Source of the DNA: Nitrospirota bacterium
GTDB taxonomy: Bacteria; Nitrospirota; UBA9217
DNA length: 64,000 bases
NCBI GenBank assembly: GCA_963740085.1
Contig: CAVUCU010000001.1
Span: 160,001-224,000, forward strand
Reading direction: 5' to 3'
This document shows positions 1-10,691 of the stretch, one piece after another; position 1 is the stretch's first letter; every line of letters starts with the position of its first letter. The notes beneath the pieces were generated by a model. The model was not told the DNA's origin and ran no database searches. It saw nothing but the letters and a program-made list of their open reading frames with translations. Both the position numbers and the translations under genes were made by a program.

Positions 1-406
1 CTGCCCTGGGACTTCCCGGCAGATTCACGATCAGGGTCTGCTTGCGTATCCCTGCCACGGCCCGGGAGATCATGGCATGAGGCGTCTTCTTGAGGCTTTC
101 AGCGCGCATGGCCTCTGCCATGCCAGGGAGCTCGCGGTCGATCACTGCCAGCGTAGCCTCGGGTGTCACGTCCCGCGCTGACACGCCTGTGCCTCCCGTG
201 GTGATGATGAGATCGATAGTTCCGGAATCGGACAACCGGCTCAGCACTTCGGTAATGCGCTGCCGCTCATCAGGAAGGACCTCATAATGACCGACAAGAG
301 CGTTGATGCCGGTGATCATTTCGCGAATGATCTTTCCGCTCTCGTCCTCGCGTTCTCCTTTTGAGCCTTTGTCGCTCAGGGTTATAACGGCTGCTCGAAT
401 ATTCAT
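1..406 (-). CDS. mog: Molybdopterin adenylyltransferase MogA/MoaB family (3' end runs off the window)
   Basis: Manual translation from ATG at 406: MNIRAAVITLSDKGSKGEREDESG...DLIITTGGTGVSARDVTPEAT, with the TTGGTG..RDVTPEA signature. Confidence 0.9.
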   Translation of the reverse strand, partial: MNIRAAVITLSDKGSKGEREDESGKIIREMITGINALVGHYEVLPDERQRITEVLSRLSDSGTIDLIITTGGTGVSARDVTPEATLAVIDRELPGMAEAMRAESLKKTPHAMISRAVAGIRKQTLIVNLPGSPRA

Positions 407-539
407 GTCATCCCCATCCTTGCCAGGATAAATCAGAATTAAAAGGCGTCTCTCGCAAAGGCGCAGAGTTCGCAGAAAAAAGCGCGAAAAATGTTCGAGT
501 TAAAGCTAATACGTAAAGGTTTTAATTTACTGAGAATCA

Positions 540-1925
540 TCACGTCACAACGCCGCCCACGGTGATCTCGGGTATCCGCAGCGTCGGCTGGGCATCGCTC
601 ACCGGCGACCCCTGCCCGTCCTTGCCGCAAGTCCCGATGGAGAAACCGAGATCGGATCCGACCCGGTCGATGGAGAGAAGGACCTGGGGTCCATTACCCG
701 TGAGCGTGGCCCCGCGCACCAATTCACCGATCTTCCCGTTCTCGATCAGATATCCTTCGCTCACCTCGAACACAAAATCGCCGTTTACAGTATTTACCTG
801 CCCACCGCCCATTTTTTTTACAAAAAGACCGTTCGGCGTTGACTGCAGGATGTCTTCAGGATCGGATTCGCCCGGCACGATCATCGTGTTTGTCATCCGG
901 GGGATCGGCCGGTGTTTGTAGGATTCACGTCTGCCGTTCCCGGTTGACTTCGCTCCGTCTTTCATGGCCGTCAGACGGTCGTACATGAATGTTTTAAGAA
1001 TTCCCTTGTTCACCAGCACCGTGCGTTCCGCATCGACGCCCTCATCATCAAAGCGGAACGACCCGCGCCTGCCTGCAAGCGTTGCGTCGTCCACAACCGT
1101 TATGAGCGATGACGCGATCCGGTCTCCCCTTCTGTTCGAGTAAACCGACAGGCCGGACTGCGCCAGGTCAGCCTCAAGCCCGTGACCGACCGCCTCGTGG
1201 ATCATGGTACCGCCCGCGTCGGAAGAGAGCACAACCGGCATTCTGCCAGCCGGCGCCTTTCTCGCGGAAAGCATCATGATAGCGCGCCGCGCCGCGGTCT
1301 CTGCCGCTTTCTCAAGCGGGTACGCGTCAAAAAGTTCCATGCCGGCAATGCCCCCGATCGGTTCGTACCCGGTCTGGACGATCTCTCCGTCCGCGGCCAC
1401 GACATGGACAAGCGCGGTAAGATACATGCGTTCATCCTCGGCAAGAACACCATCGGAGTTTGCAATAAGGACATGCTGCCGATTCTCCCGGTAGCTCACC
1501 ATGGCTTGCCGTATGCGCGGGTCGAACGACCGTGCTACCCTGTTCGCCTGGAGCACCATCGCCACCTTCCGGGAGGTATCCACCCCTTCCGGGGCCTGTC
1601 TGACCGGCAGATCGACAAGCGGATTCGCCCTTATCAAGGCGACCGCTGGATGATGGACGTCCCCTGCCGCGGCGTGCCGGACAGCGTCGGCCATTTCAAG
1701 CAGCGACTCGGTCGTCAGTTCATTGGTATACGCGTAGGCCGTCCTCTGGCCGAAGATAAGCCGGACTCCGGCGCCCCGGTCCAGTCCGGATATTACCTTT
1801 TCAAGCCTGCGGTCCTCGCATATGAGCGAGAGCGGCGCGCTCTGTTCAACAAAAACGTCCGCGAACTCTCCTCCGTTCTTCAAGGCCCTTTTCAGAACCG
1901 CACCAAGATCTATATTTACGTCCAC
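540..1925 (-). CDS. tldD: TldD/PmbA family metalloprotease (TldD-like)
   Basis: HEAVGHGLEAD motif and C-terminal CGKDGQ..PVSD..PTLRI; probable GTG start at 1925 after AGAGGAG. Confidence 0.9.
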   Translation of the reverse strand: MDVNIDLGAVLKRALKNGGEFADVFVEQSAPLSLICEDRRLEKVISGLDRGAGVRLIFGQRTAYAYTNELTTESLLEMADAVRHAAAGDVHHPAVALIRANPLVDLPVRQAPEGVDTSRKVAMVLQANRVARSFDPRIRQAMVSYRENRQHVLIANSDGVLAEDERMYLTALVHVVAADGEIVQTGYEPIGGIAGMELFDAYPLEKAAETAARRAIMMLSARKAPAGRMPVVLSSDAGGTMIHEAVGHGLEADLAQSGLSVYSNRRGDRIASSLITVVDDATLAGRRGSFRFDDEGVDAERTVLVNKGILKTFMYDRLTAMKDGAKSTGNGRRESYKHRPIPRMTNTMIVPGESDPEDILQSTPNGLFVKKMGGGQVNTVNGDFVFEVSEGYLIENGKIGELVRGATLTGNGPQVLLSIDRVGSDLGFSIGTCGKDGQGSPVSDAQPTLRIPEITVGGVVT

Positions 1926-2177
1926 CGTTTCTCCTCTGCTCGCATCGCGCCCTGACGCGCATTGTAACTTTTTCCCATCATATGGCAATCTAAATACAAT
2001 TGCAACTTTTTATCATCGTGAAAATCGTTACAATGCAGGGCAGATGGACTGAAGTGCATTCCGCCTTTGTACCTGTTGCTGATAAAACCATTTTTTCTGT
2101 TGACAAAACAGACAATAGCGGCTAACCTTTTCTTGTTTTTGATGTCTCCCTCGTAATAGAGGATATTTTAATACACC

Positions 2178-2549
2178 ATGAAAAAACAAAAGAAAATACT
2201 GATAGCGGACGATAATGAGAATATCCGGGAAGCCCTCACCTCTATCCTCGAGGATGAAGGGTACGCATTGTGGATAGCAAAGGACGGAGCAGAAGCACTC
2301 AGGAAAGTCAGGGAGGTTTCTCCGGATATCCTTATCCTCGACGTCACGATGCCGGAGATCAGCGGTTATGACGTCTGCCGTACCATCAAGAACGACCCAA
2401 ACCTCAAAAATATCTACATCCTGATGCTGAGTGCCAAAGGGCAGGCAACAAAGCAGGAGCACGGCAAAGAAGTCGGTGCGGACGAATACATCGCAAAACC
2501 CTTCAGCCCGAGTGAAATACTCGCCCGGATTAAAAAATGTTCTGAATGA
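2178..2549 (+). CDS. Single-domain response regulator (REC)
   Basis: ILIADD...ILDVTMP...KPF receiver motifs. Confidence 0.9.
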   Translation: MKKQKKILIADDNENIREALTSILEDEGYALWIAKDGAEALRKVREVSPDILILDVTMPEISGYDVCRTIKNDPNLKNIYILMLSAKGQATKQEHGKEVGADEYIAKPFSPSEILARIKKCSE

Positions 2550-2751
2550 ACAACATGGCTGTCTCGACCTCCTAAAAAAAGCAGGGCCGGATGATCGGTG
2601 AAGAATCGCCGGTGAGCTTGACGGGCAGTGAACTTCACCTCTCGTCGCTGATACCGGGGTAGTAATTACCCAGCATAATCCGGGTCGAATGCGGGTTTAA
2701 CTGCGGGTTTAACTGCTTGACTTTCCCCCGCTTTTCGATGTAAATTATTCC

Positions 2752-4992
2752 ATGTTTCAACGCGTCATTCATATCCTCAAGCAAAAAGAGCTCCTTTCCC
2801 CCACGGTAATCATCCTGTCGCTTCTGGTCGTACTCTCGATCATCATCATTCTTGGACAGTTCTTTCACCAGACACTTCAGGAAGAGATGGCCTCACAGTT
2901 CAACCAACAGCAGCTCCTGCTTGCCCGCGAAGTGGCGATAAACATAGAAAGCTTCATCGACCATGTGTCCAAGAATATCCGGGTCATCTCTCGACTCCCG
3001 GAGCTGGATCGTATCCATCTCAGCCCCCGTAGTCGAGCTGTCGCTGAATCGATCAATATCGGCTTACAAAACAAAGCATTAGACACCATCCAGGTTCTTA
3101 ACAAAGAAGGCATCGTACTCTACGACAGCACGTATCCCCGGAAGGAAGGTGAGAACTTATCGCGGACCGATTATTTCCAGAAAGCGAGGCTCCTGCCTGA
3201 CAACGAAAGACTCATTACCGATATTATGGATGTTCACAATGGGAATAATCCGGACAAGAAAGAGTTCATCGTAGCCACCCCTATTTATCGGCATGATTCA
3301 AATCACCCCGTCGCTGAATTCAGAGGTATCGTGCTTGCAGTGCTCTCCGTTGACGGCATCACTCAAAAATATCTTTTGCCGATCAAGTCAGGCACGCGCG
3401 GTTATGCCTGGATGATGGATGCCGATGGAACGTTGCTTTATCATCCCACTCAACCCTCGATGGTGGGCAGGAACCTTTATCAATCCAATCGGTCGTGTTT
3501 CCAGTGTCACAAGTCATTCGATGCCGAGAAAAAGATGATGGAAGAGAAATCGGAGACCGTTGGATTTTACGAGGCCCCGGGAGGAGTTAACAAACTTGCG
3601 GCATTCTACCGGTTTCCGATCGCAAGAAAATCATGGATCGTCGTTGTGTCAGCGCCATACTCCGACGTGATCGCGCTCATGCAGAAGAGCAGACGGTTCT
3701 ATTCTCTTCTGATCCTGTCGATTTTCATCACCACGCTGGTTGCTTCGATCACCACGATCATCAACTATAAAAGGAAGATCAAGGCCGAAGAGAAGGCCAA
3801 GCATTTCGAGAACCAGCGCAGGCTGGAACGCGAAATAGAAATCCAGAAGGATTACCTGGAGAACATCATCGAGAACACGAAAACCAACCTCCTGGTCCTT
3901 GACAGAGACCTCAAAGTCAAGACTTTGAACACCGCCCAGGCGAAGACGTTCAGTCGGCCGAAACAGGACATCCTCAACTGCCAGTTCTTCACCCTCTTCC
4001 CCGACAATCTCCAGGCATACGAAGGCATTCCCTTCGAGGCGCTGCTTCATAAAACACTTGAGGGACACAGCTTTGCGATCAAAGATTACGGGATAACAGC
4101 CCTTGACACGGCCCCAATCTATCTGGATATGAATATCAGTCCGCTCATCATCGAAGGAACGATTTCCGGCATCCTGATATCGAGCAACAACGTCACGACG
4201 CGGTTCCACCTGGAGGAGGCCCTCAAACAGTACACGGTGGAGCTCGAGGACAAGGTCGACAAGGGGACCGCAACGGCGAAAAATCTCGAACAGCAGATCA
4301 TGCACTCGGAAAAACTTGCCGCGCTTGGCAGGCTCGCGGCCGGTGTCGCCCACGAGATCGGCAATCCCCTCACCTCGATCTCGACCTTTGCCCAGTTGCT
4401 CCGGGAACTGGCAACTGACGACTTTTCACGGAACAGCCTCGACATCATCAATAACCACATTCAGCGGATCAGCGATATCGTGCGGCGGATGTCCGCTTTC
4501 GCGCGGGCCGATTCTCTCAAAATAAAATCCGTGCAGATCAATGACGTTCTGCAGTCGACCCTCGAACTCATGCGTCTCGACAAGCGAATGAAAAACACGA
4601 TCAAAATTTCTCCTGCTTTTGATCCAGACCTCCCCAAGACCATGATCGATGAAGGTCAGGCGTCCCAGGTGTTCATCAATATCATCCTTAACGCCCTGGA
4701 TGCGATGCCGGAGGGCGGGAAACTGACGATTACGACGAGACAGGAACGGAACGCTTCTGGAAAGGATTCAATCGTTATCGAAGTGGAGGACACCGGCATT
4801 GGGATCCCCACGAGGGATCTTGAAAAGATTTTCGATCCTTTTTACACGACCAAGGAAGTGGGCACGGGCACCGGTCTCGGTCTTTCGCTGAGCTATAATA
4901 TCGTCAAGCGGTTCAAAGGCGACATCAGGGTGGAGAGCGAAGTCGGCAAAGGGACGATATTCACCATCATTCTTCCGGTTGAACACGAGTAA
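2752..4992 (+). CDS. Membrane sensor histidine kinase: periplasmic Cache-like domain with CxxCH, then PAS, HisKA, HATPase
   Basis: Two hydrophobic TM segments, CFQCH between them, H-box AHEIGNPL, N/G1/F/G2 boxes. Confidence 0.9.
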   Translation: MFQRVIHILKQKELLSPTVIILSLLVVLSIIIILGQFFHQTLQEEMASQFNQQQLLLAREVAINIESFIDHVSKNIRVISRLPELDRIHLSPRSRAVAESINIGLQNKALDTIQVLNKEGIVLYDSTYPRKEGENLSRTDYFQKARLLPDNERLITDIMDVHNGNNPDKKEFIVATPIYRHDSNHPVAEFRGIVLAVLSVDGITQKYLLPIKSGTRGYAWMMDADGTLLYHPTQPSMVGRNLYQSNRSCFQCHKSFDAEKKMMEEKSETVGFYEAPGGVNKLAAFYRFPIARKSWIVVVSAPYSDVIALMQKSRRFYSLLILSIFITTLVASITTIINYKRKIKAEEKAKHFENQRRLEREIEIQKDYLENIIENTKTNLLVLDRDLKVKTLNTAQAKTFSRPKQDILNCQFFTLFPDNLQAYEGIPFEALLHKTLEGHSFAIKDYGITALDTAPIYLDMNISPLIIEGTISGILISSNNVTTRFHLEEALKQYTVELEDKVDKGTATAKNLEQQIMHSEKLAALGRLAAGVAHEIGNPLTSISTFAQLLRELATDDFSRNSLDIINNHIQRISDIVRRMSAFARADSLKIKSVQINDVLQSTLELMRLDKRMKNTIKISPAFDPDLPKTMIDEGQASQVFINIILNALDAMPEGGKLTITTRQERNASGKDSIVIEVEDTGIGIPTRDLEKIFDPFYTTKEVGTGTGLGLSLSYNIVKRFKGDIRVESEVGKGTIFTIILPVEHE

Positions 4993-5007
4993 AGGGAGAC
5001 GGCTGTC

Positions 5008-6366
5008 ATGGACAAAAAAAAGATTCTGGTCGTCGACGATGAAAAAGACATCTGCATGGCCTTGAACATCATCCTCACCAAGGAGGGATACGAGGTCAAG
5101 GAAGCGTACAATGGCGAGCAGGCGCTGGACCGCATCAAGCAGGAAAACTTTGACATCATCATGACCGACATCAAGATGGAGAAGATGGACGGATTCGAGG
5201 TCCTGAAGCAGGCACAGCAAATAAGCCCGGAGACATCGGTCGTCATGATGACGGCCTTTGCCTCCGTCGTGTCCGCGGTCGAGGCCATGCGCGCAGGCGC
5301 TGTGGACTACATTACCAAGCCATTCATCAACGATGAGATCAGGATGACCATCAAGAACATCCTGCAAAGCCGTCAGCTCCAGATGGAGAACCAGATACTG
5401 CGGCAGGAGCTGAGTCAGCGGCAGACCGCCTTCACCAACATCATCGGGAGCTCGGAACCCATGCAGAAGGTCTTCTCGGTCATGGGAAAAGTGATCCCGA
5501 ATAAGAGCAATATCCTGATCACCGGTGAAAGCGGGACAGGCAAGGGACTTGTTGCCCAGGCGATCCATGAGGCGGGACCCCGCAAAACGAAGCCTTTTAT
5601 CGCCATCAACTGCGGGGCCATCCCGGAGAACCTGCTCGAGAGCGAGCTCTTCGGCCACAAAAAAGGAGCCTTCACGTCGGCCAACGAGGACAAAAAAGGC
5701 CTCATCACCATGGCGCACACCGGCACCTTGTTCCTGGACGAGATCGGAGAACTGCCCCAGGCGCTCCAGGTCAAACTGCTTCATATCATTCAGACCAAGG
5801 AACTCACCCCTGTCGGCGACACGCGGGTCATCACCGTGGAGGTCAGGATCATCGCAGCCACGAATGCCGACCTTATGCAGCGTGTGAAGGAAGGACGTTT
5901 TCGGGAAGATCTCTACTATCGTTTGAACGTCATCGAGATCCACATGCCGTCGCTGCGCGAGCGCCGTGACGATATTCCGTTGCTCATCAAACATTATCTT
6001 GCGATCTCCGCAAAGGAAGCGGGAAAGAAGATCAAGGACATTGATTATGAGGCAATGCAGGCCCTGCTCGCCTATGACTGGCCGGGCAACATCAGGGAAC
6101 TGAGAAATACGATCGAGCGTGCAACCGTGCTCGCGGACGGGGAAGTGATCACCATTCACGACCTGCCGGACAACTTCAGGACCCTGGACATTGAAGGGGT
6201 TTCGACCTCATCGCTTAAGCAGGCGATCGATGAATTTGAGCGTGAGTATATACGAAGAAGCATGACGGAATGCAAGGGGAACAAGGAAGCGGCGGCGAAC
6301 AAGCTCGGAGTCGACCTTGCAACCTTATATCGGAAACTGAAAAAGCTCAGAATCGAGACGGCGTAG
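5008..6366 (+). CDS. Sigma54-dependent response regulator (NtrC/AtoC family)
   Basis: REC domain, GESGTGK, ELFGHKKGAFTSA, WPGNIREL, C-terminal Fis-type HTH. Confidence 0.93.
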   Translation: MDKKKILVVDDEKDICMALNIILTKEGYEVKEAYNGEQALDRIKQENFDIIMTDIKMEKMDGFEVLKQAQQISPETSVVMMTAFASVVSAVEAMRAGAVDYITKPFINDEIRMTIKNILQSRQLQMENQILRQELSQRQTAFTNIIGSSEPMQKVFSVMGKVIPNKSNILITGESGTGKGLVAQAIHEAGPRKTKPFIAINCGAIPENLLESELFGHKKGAFTSANEDKKGLITMAHTGTLFLDEIGELPQALQVKLLHIIQTKELTPVGDTRVITVEVRIIAATNADLMQRVKEGRFREDLYYRLNVIEIHMPSLRERRDDIPLLIKHYLAISAKEAGKKIKDIDYEAMQALLAYDWPGNIRELRNTIERATVLADGEVITIHDLPDNFRTLDIEGVSTSSLKQAIDEFEREYIRRSMTECKGNKEAAANKLGVDLATLYRKLKKLRIETA

Positions 6367-6370
6367 CGTT

Positions 6371-6598
6371 TCAGACCCCCTCCCCTGATCCCCAGTCCGG
6401 AAATCGTTCAACCTCCCTTTTTTCACTGTCTCCCTTGAGTGTTATGGTTCCTACCGATGATACCGGGAGCGCGATCCACTGCGTCGAGCTTTTAAGATGC
6501 ACTTCAACATCTGAGACCTCGATCAACACGCCCGCGTATTTCATTCCGTTCGCGATGACCTCGACTTCCTTGCCGATCATTGATTGAATATCAGGCAT
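6371..6598 (-). CDS. Small hypothetical protein, possibly Sm/LSm-like beta-barrel
   Basis: GGGAGG RBS; IGKEVEV..NG.KYAGVLIEV pattern. Confidence 0.6.
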   Translation of the reverse strand: MPDIQSMIGKEVEVIANGMKYAGVLIEVSDVEVHLKSSTQWIALPVSSVGTITLKGDSEKREVERFPDWGSGEGV

Positions 6599-6639
6599 AC
6601 AAACCTCCCCTTTCTACCTGTCTTCTGTCTCCTGCCTCA

Positions 6640-7956
6640 TTATATCTCAAGTTTACCCCATCGCTCTTTACGATACCTCCAAAGCAATAGGGACATTCGT
6701 ACGATCCAATCTACGATCATCACCGACCACACATAACGGATGTCGGCTTTCACGACCACTGCCAAAAGGGCCGCAGCAGGCAGCCGGACGAACCACATGC
6801 CTGCAATGGTGGCGAACATGATGAAACCCGTGTCCCCTGCCCCGCGGAGCGACCCTCCGACCACCATGGTTATGGCAAGCGGGATCTGGGCGAACGCAAC
6901 GATCTTCATATACAGGATACCATATTTAAGAACGGCGGGGTCGCTCGTGAAGATCCGCAGGAGCACGTAGGGGAAGAAAAAGAACACGAGCCCCATGGCG
7001 GCCATCAGTATGACGGCAAGCCGGTTGGCTTCATATGCAGAGATCCGGGCGCGCTCCGACTTTCCGGCCCCGAGGTTCTGTCCCACCATGGTCGCTGCGG
7101 CAACAGCGATGCCATAACCGGGCATGAAGGAGAAGGCCTCGATGGCCAGTCCAACCTGATGCGCTGCGTATACCGCGGTCCCGTAGAGCAGTACCACCTT
7201 GGCAAAGACGAGAGAGCCCGTGTTCTGGAGCAGCCGATCGATGAAGATGGGGTAGCCTATCTTGAACGTCATGGCAGTGTACTTCATCTCAAGGTCCCTG
7301 TTGATGATGATATAGCGTTTGTGCAGGGAGCGGATGAACAGAAAGACCGCCCCCATGCTTTCAGAGACCGCGATCGCGATGGCCGCGCCCTTGACCCCGA
7401 GTTTCGGCTGCCCGAGATATCCATAGATCAACGGATAGGCCACGGCCACATGAATGATGTTCACGATCAAGGTCGCGTAAAGAGGGGTTTTCGTGTCGCC
7501 GGTGCCGTGCATGATACCGGCGAGCACATTGACCGCGATCGTGAAGAAGATAAAAGTAAAGATGATGTCCGTGTAATCCAGCAGGATGGCCTGCACCTCG
7601 TTATTTGCACCGAGGAACGAAGCGACCGTTCCGCCGAACGATCGTCCGATGACGGTGATGAGGACAGCCGCCCCGATCGCGATCAGCATTGCCTGATATG
7701 ACGCCTTTGCCGCGTCCCCTTTCCGTCCAGCGCCCCACAACTGGGCGACCTGCACGGTGACCCCGACATTGATGCCCCAGGACAAGCTCATGACCACAAA
7801 GACCATGATCTGCGCAATACCTACCGCCGCGATAGAAGAAGCGCCCAATCCGCCGACCAGAAATATATCGACGATCCCGACAGACCGCTGGAGCAGACTC
7901 GAGAGGACAACGGGAAGTGCAAGGGAAAAGACCTGCTGTCGGACGCTGGTTTGCAT
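6640..7956 (-). CDS. MATE family efflux transporter
   Basis: About 12 TMs, LALPVVLSSLLQ...VD.FLVG.LG, G.GDTKTP, GQNLGAG motifs. Confidence 0.92.
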   Translation of the reverse strand: MQTSVRQQVFSLALPVVLSSLLQRSVGIVDIFLVGGLGASSIAAVGIAQIMVFVVMSLSWGINVGVTVQVAQLWGAGRKGDAAKASYQAMLIAIGAAVLITVIGRSFGGTVASFLGANNEVQAILLDYTDIIFTFIFFTIAVNVLAGIMHGTGDTKTPLYATLIVNIIHVAVAYPLIYGYLGQPKLGVKGAAIAIAVSESMGAVFLFIRSLHKRYIIINRDLEMKYTAMTFKIGYPIFIDRLLQNTGSLVFAKVVLLYGTAVYAAHQVGLAIEAFSFMPGYGIAVAAATMVGQNLGAGKSERARISAYEANRLAVILMAAMGLVFFFFPYVLLRIFTSDPAVLKYGILYMKIVAFAQIPLAITMVVGGSLRGAGDTGFIMFATIAGMWFVRLPAAALLAVVVKADIRYVWSVMIVDWIVRMSLLLWRYRKERWGKLEI

Positions 7957-8620
7957 GATGTTTTTTATTATGGTGATGTTTCCGACATAGTGATATATGC
8001 CTTGGCGATGTTTACAAAGCCTTTTTGTTGCCGCGCGAACTGTCGTTATATTTCGTTAAAACCGATTAATGTTACGCGACGTTGAGTGGCGGGGTTGTGG
8101 ATTTCAGTTGTTCATCCGGTTTTCGAATAGTGCCGACAATCGCAAGCTTACCTGTCACCCTTCAACAATGGGCAATGAACAAGAAACGCACAACACCTGT
8201 TGTGGACTATGGTCACGAACAATTGAATTCAGCAGCCGGCGATGTATTTCGCCGGAATGGTATCTCAGGCTGCATCACGATGAGTCCCCTGACGGAGGGA
8301 GCGCCTGCTCGAGAGCGATCGGTGTCCCCTCGATCGCTTCCAATGGGCCCACTTTTAGCCTGGTCCCTGAGCGCGCCAGGACCATAATCCGGTGCAATCC
8401 GATCTCAAGGGATTGTTTCTCCCGATAGTCGAGGGTATCGTATTTTAGAGGAAAGGGCAAGAAGAAATGTCTTCAAGTACGTGGTGCAAAACTGTTGGAC
8501 CTGTTCAGCGTTTTGAGTCAGGGAAGCTCAGTTCCTCGCTTTATCTTGCATCAATCAAATAAAACACGCTGAGGTCACCATACGGGAATTAGCCGTTAAC
8601 GTAGTGCTCATACACCCGTC

Positions 8621-9616
8621 TTAACAGATCCTCGGCAACTGCTCGCCCTGCAGCATGTCAATGATGCGGGTCCCGCCGATCGCGGTTTCGAGCAGGACGC
8701 CGCCGGAAGGAGATTCCACAACCTCGCCGATGATGACGGCATGACGACCAAACTCGTGCTGATGCATTGCGGTCACGACAGCCCCTGCCACGGATGCATC
8801 TACGATAGCAATGAGTATCCCCTCGTTTGCCACAAAGATCGGATCGAGACCGAGAAGACTGCATGCTCCTTTCACGCCCGGAGGTATTGGAAGGGAGGGT
8901 TCCAGGATACGCATGCAGAGACCCGACTCCAGTGCCGCTTCTTTAAGCGTCGTAGCCAGTCCGCCGCGTGTAGGGTCGCGCATAAAGCGGATCCCGTTCG
9001 AGGCCGCATACATTACACTGACGAGGCCATTCAACGCCCTCGAATCGCTCGTAACAGGCGGATCAAAGGTGAGCCCGTTCCGTTCCGACATGACTGCAAC
9101 ACCGTGGCTGCCGATATCGCCGCTGATAATAACCTTGTCGCCTTTTTTGACATTTGATCCGGAAATTTCCCGTCCCTCAGGCACGACACCTATGCCGGAG
9201 GTATTGATGAATATCCCGTCCGCCTTGCCCTTGTTCACCACCTTGGTATCGCCCGCAACGATTTTTACCCCGGATTGCCGAGCAGCGACAGCCATGGACG
9301 AAATGATGGCCTTGAGATCTGCAAGAGGGAACCCTTCTTCGATCACAAATCCCGCGGTGAGATACAGCGGCTCCGCCCCGGAAACAGCAAGATCGTTCAC
9401 CGTGCCGTTCACCGCAAGATCGCCGATGTTGCCTCCGGGAAAGAAGAGCGGGGTGACCACATAGGAATCGGTGGTGTATGCAAGCCTGTGTGACGGCACG
9501 CTGACGTACGCTGAATCACCTGATTTCTGAATGTCAAAAGCAGGCCCGAAATGCGTTCGGATAAGTTCGTGCATCAGTTTGCCGCCACTGCCGTGCCCCA
9601 GGAGAATTCTATCCAT
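8621..9616 (-). CDS. hypE: Hydrogenase maturation carbamoyl dehydratase HypE
   Basis: ILLGHGSGG N-terminus, DPTRGGL, C-terminal GEQLPRIC. Confidence 0.95.
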   Translation of the reverse strand: MDRILLGHGSGGKLMHELIRTHFGPAFDIQKSGDSAYVSVPSHRLAYTTDSYVVTPLFFPGGNIGDLAVNGTVNDLAVSGAEPLYLTAGFVIEEGFPLADLKAIISSMAVAARQSGVKIVAGDTKVVNKGKADGIFINTSGIGVVPEGREISGSNVKKGDKVIISGDIGSHGVAVMSERNGLTFDPPVTSDSRALNGLVSVMYAASNGIRFMRDPTRGGLATTLKEAALESGLCMRILEPSLPIPPGVKGACSLLGLDPIFVANEGILIAIVDASVAGAVVTAMHQHEFGRHAVIIGEVVESPSGGVLLETAIGGTRIIDMLQGEQLPRIC

Positions 9617-10674
9617 GATAATTCCCGTATTTATAATATGCAGCACAGCTCCCCTCGGTGCTGACCATGCATGGCCCGATAGGATTTTCCGGCGTGCACC
9701 CGGTCCCGAACAGCGCGCATTCTGTCGGGACCTTTACCCCTCGAAGGATATCGCCGCAGGAGCAAAGCTCAGGTTCTGTGGCAGTCAGAGATCGGGGGAT
9801 GGAACCGTATATTCGCGTCAAATGCCGTGTAGTGCTCTCTGAGCTTCAGTCCGCTCCCGGGGATAACACCGATCCCCCGCCAGTAGGCGTCGGCAGACTC
9901 GAAATATTTCTCAAGGAGGGCAACGGCCCGCGGATTTCCTTCCGGGCGAACAACACTCGTATATTGGATCTCGATTGCCGACCTTTTTTCCGCAATCTGC
10001 CGCACGATCATAAGAATGCCCTCGATGATCTCCCCGGCCGCGAACCCGGTCACTACTGACGGTTTTTTATACTGTGCGGCTACGAACTCATACGGGTGAG
10101 TGCCGATGATCGTGCTGACATGGCCCGGCAGGATGAAGCCGTCCACTTGAACATCCGGCGAATCGAGCAGAGCTTTCAACGCGGGCGGTACAAGCTTATG
10201 CGCGGTGAAAATAGTAAAATTTTTCGTTCCCGCCGACTCGGCATGGGCGATTGTGCCTGCAATAAGCGGAGAGGTGGTCTCAAATCCTGTTGCAAAGAAC
10301 ACGACCTCCTTCTCCGGCGACTTTTGAGCAAGCGTCAGCGCATCAATGGGAGAATAGAGCACGCGTACATCAGCACCCTCGGATCGCGCTTCAAGAAGCG
10401 ACCCATTTCCACCCGGGACCCGCATCATATCACCAAAGGTCGCAAGAATGACCCCCGGGTTCCTCGCGATCGCGATCGCTGCATCCACGTCATGCACCGA
10501 GGTCACACATACCGGACAACCGGGCCCGCTTAAGAGCGTGATGTTTTTCGGGATCACATCGCGGATCCCGTGCCTGAAGATCTCGACGGTGTGAGTACCG
10601 CAAACCTCCATAAGCTTCAGCGGCCTGTTGATATCGGCCGTCAGTTGATGCAATTCATCAAGCATTTTTTTCAT
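9609..10674 (-). pseudogene. hypD: Hydrogenase maturation protein HypD, frameshifted as sequenced (one extra base near 9790-9800; possibly a sequencing error)
   Basis: MEVCGTHT, GPGCPVC and PGHVS in ORF 9769..10743; the C-terminal C.CG.IL.G...CP/ALFG..CTP..P.GPCMVS.EG.CAAYY block lies in the shifted frame (9609..9821). Confidence 0.9.
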
Positions 10675-10691
10675 TGTATTGTCCGCGCCCC

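Noticed and set aside
8000-8620. Short ORFs between the MATE gene and hypE
   Set aside because: No recognisable motifs or RBS, and they overlap in conflicting frames.
9769-9771. TGA ending the hypD ORF as another Sec codon
   Set aside because: Not at a Cys position; HypD similarity continues in a different frame, so this is a frameshift.
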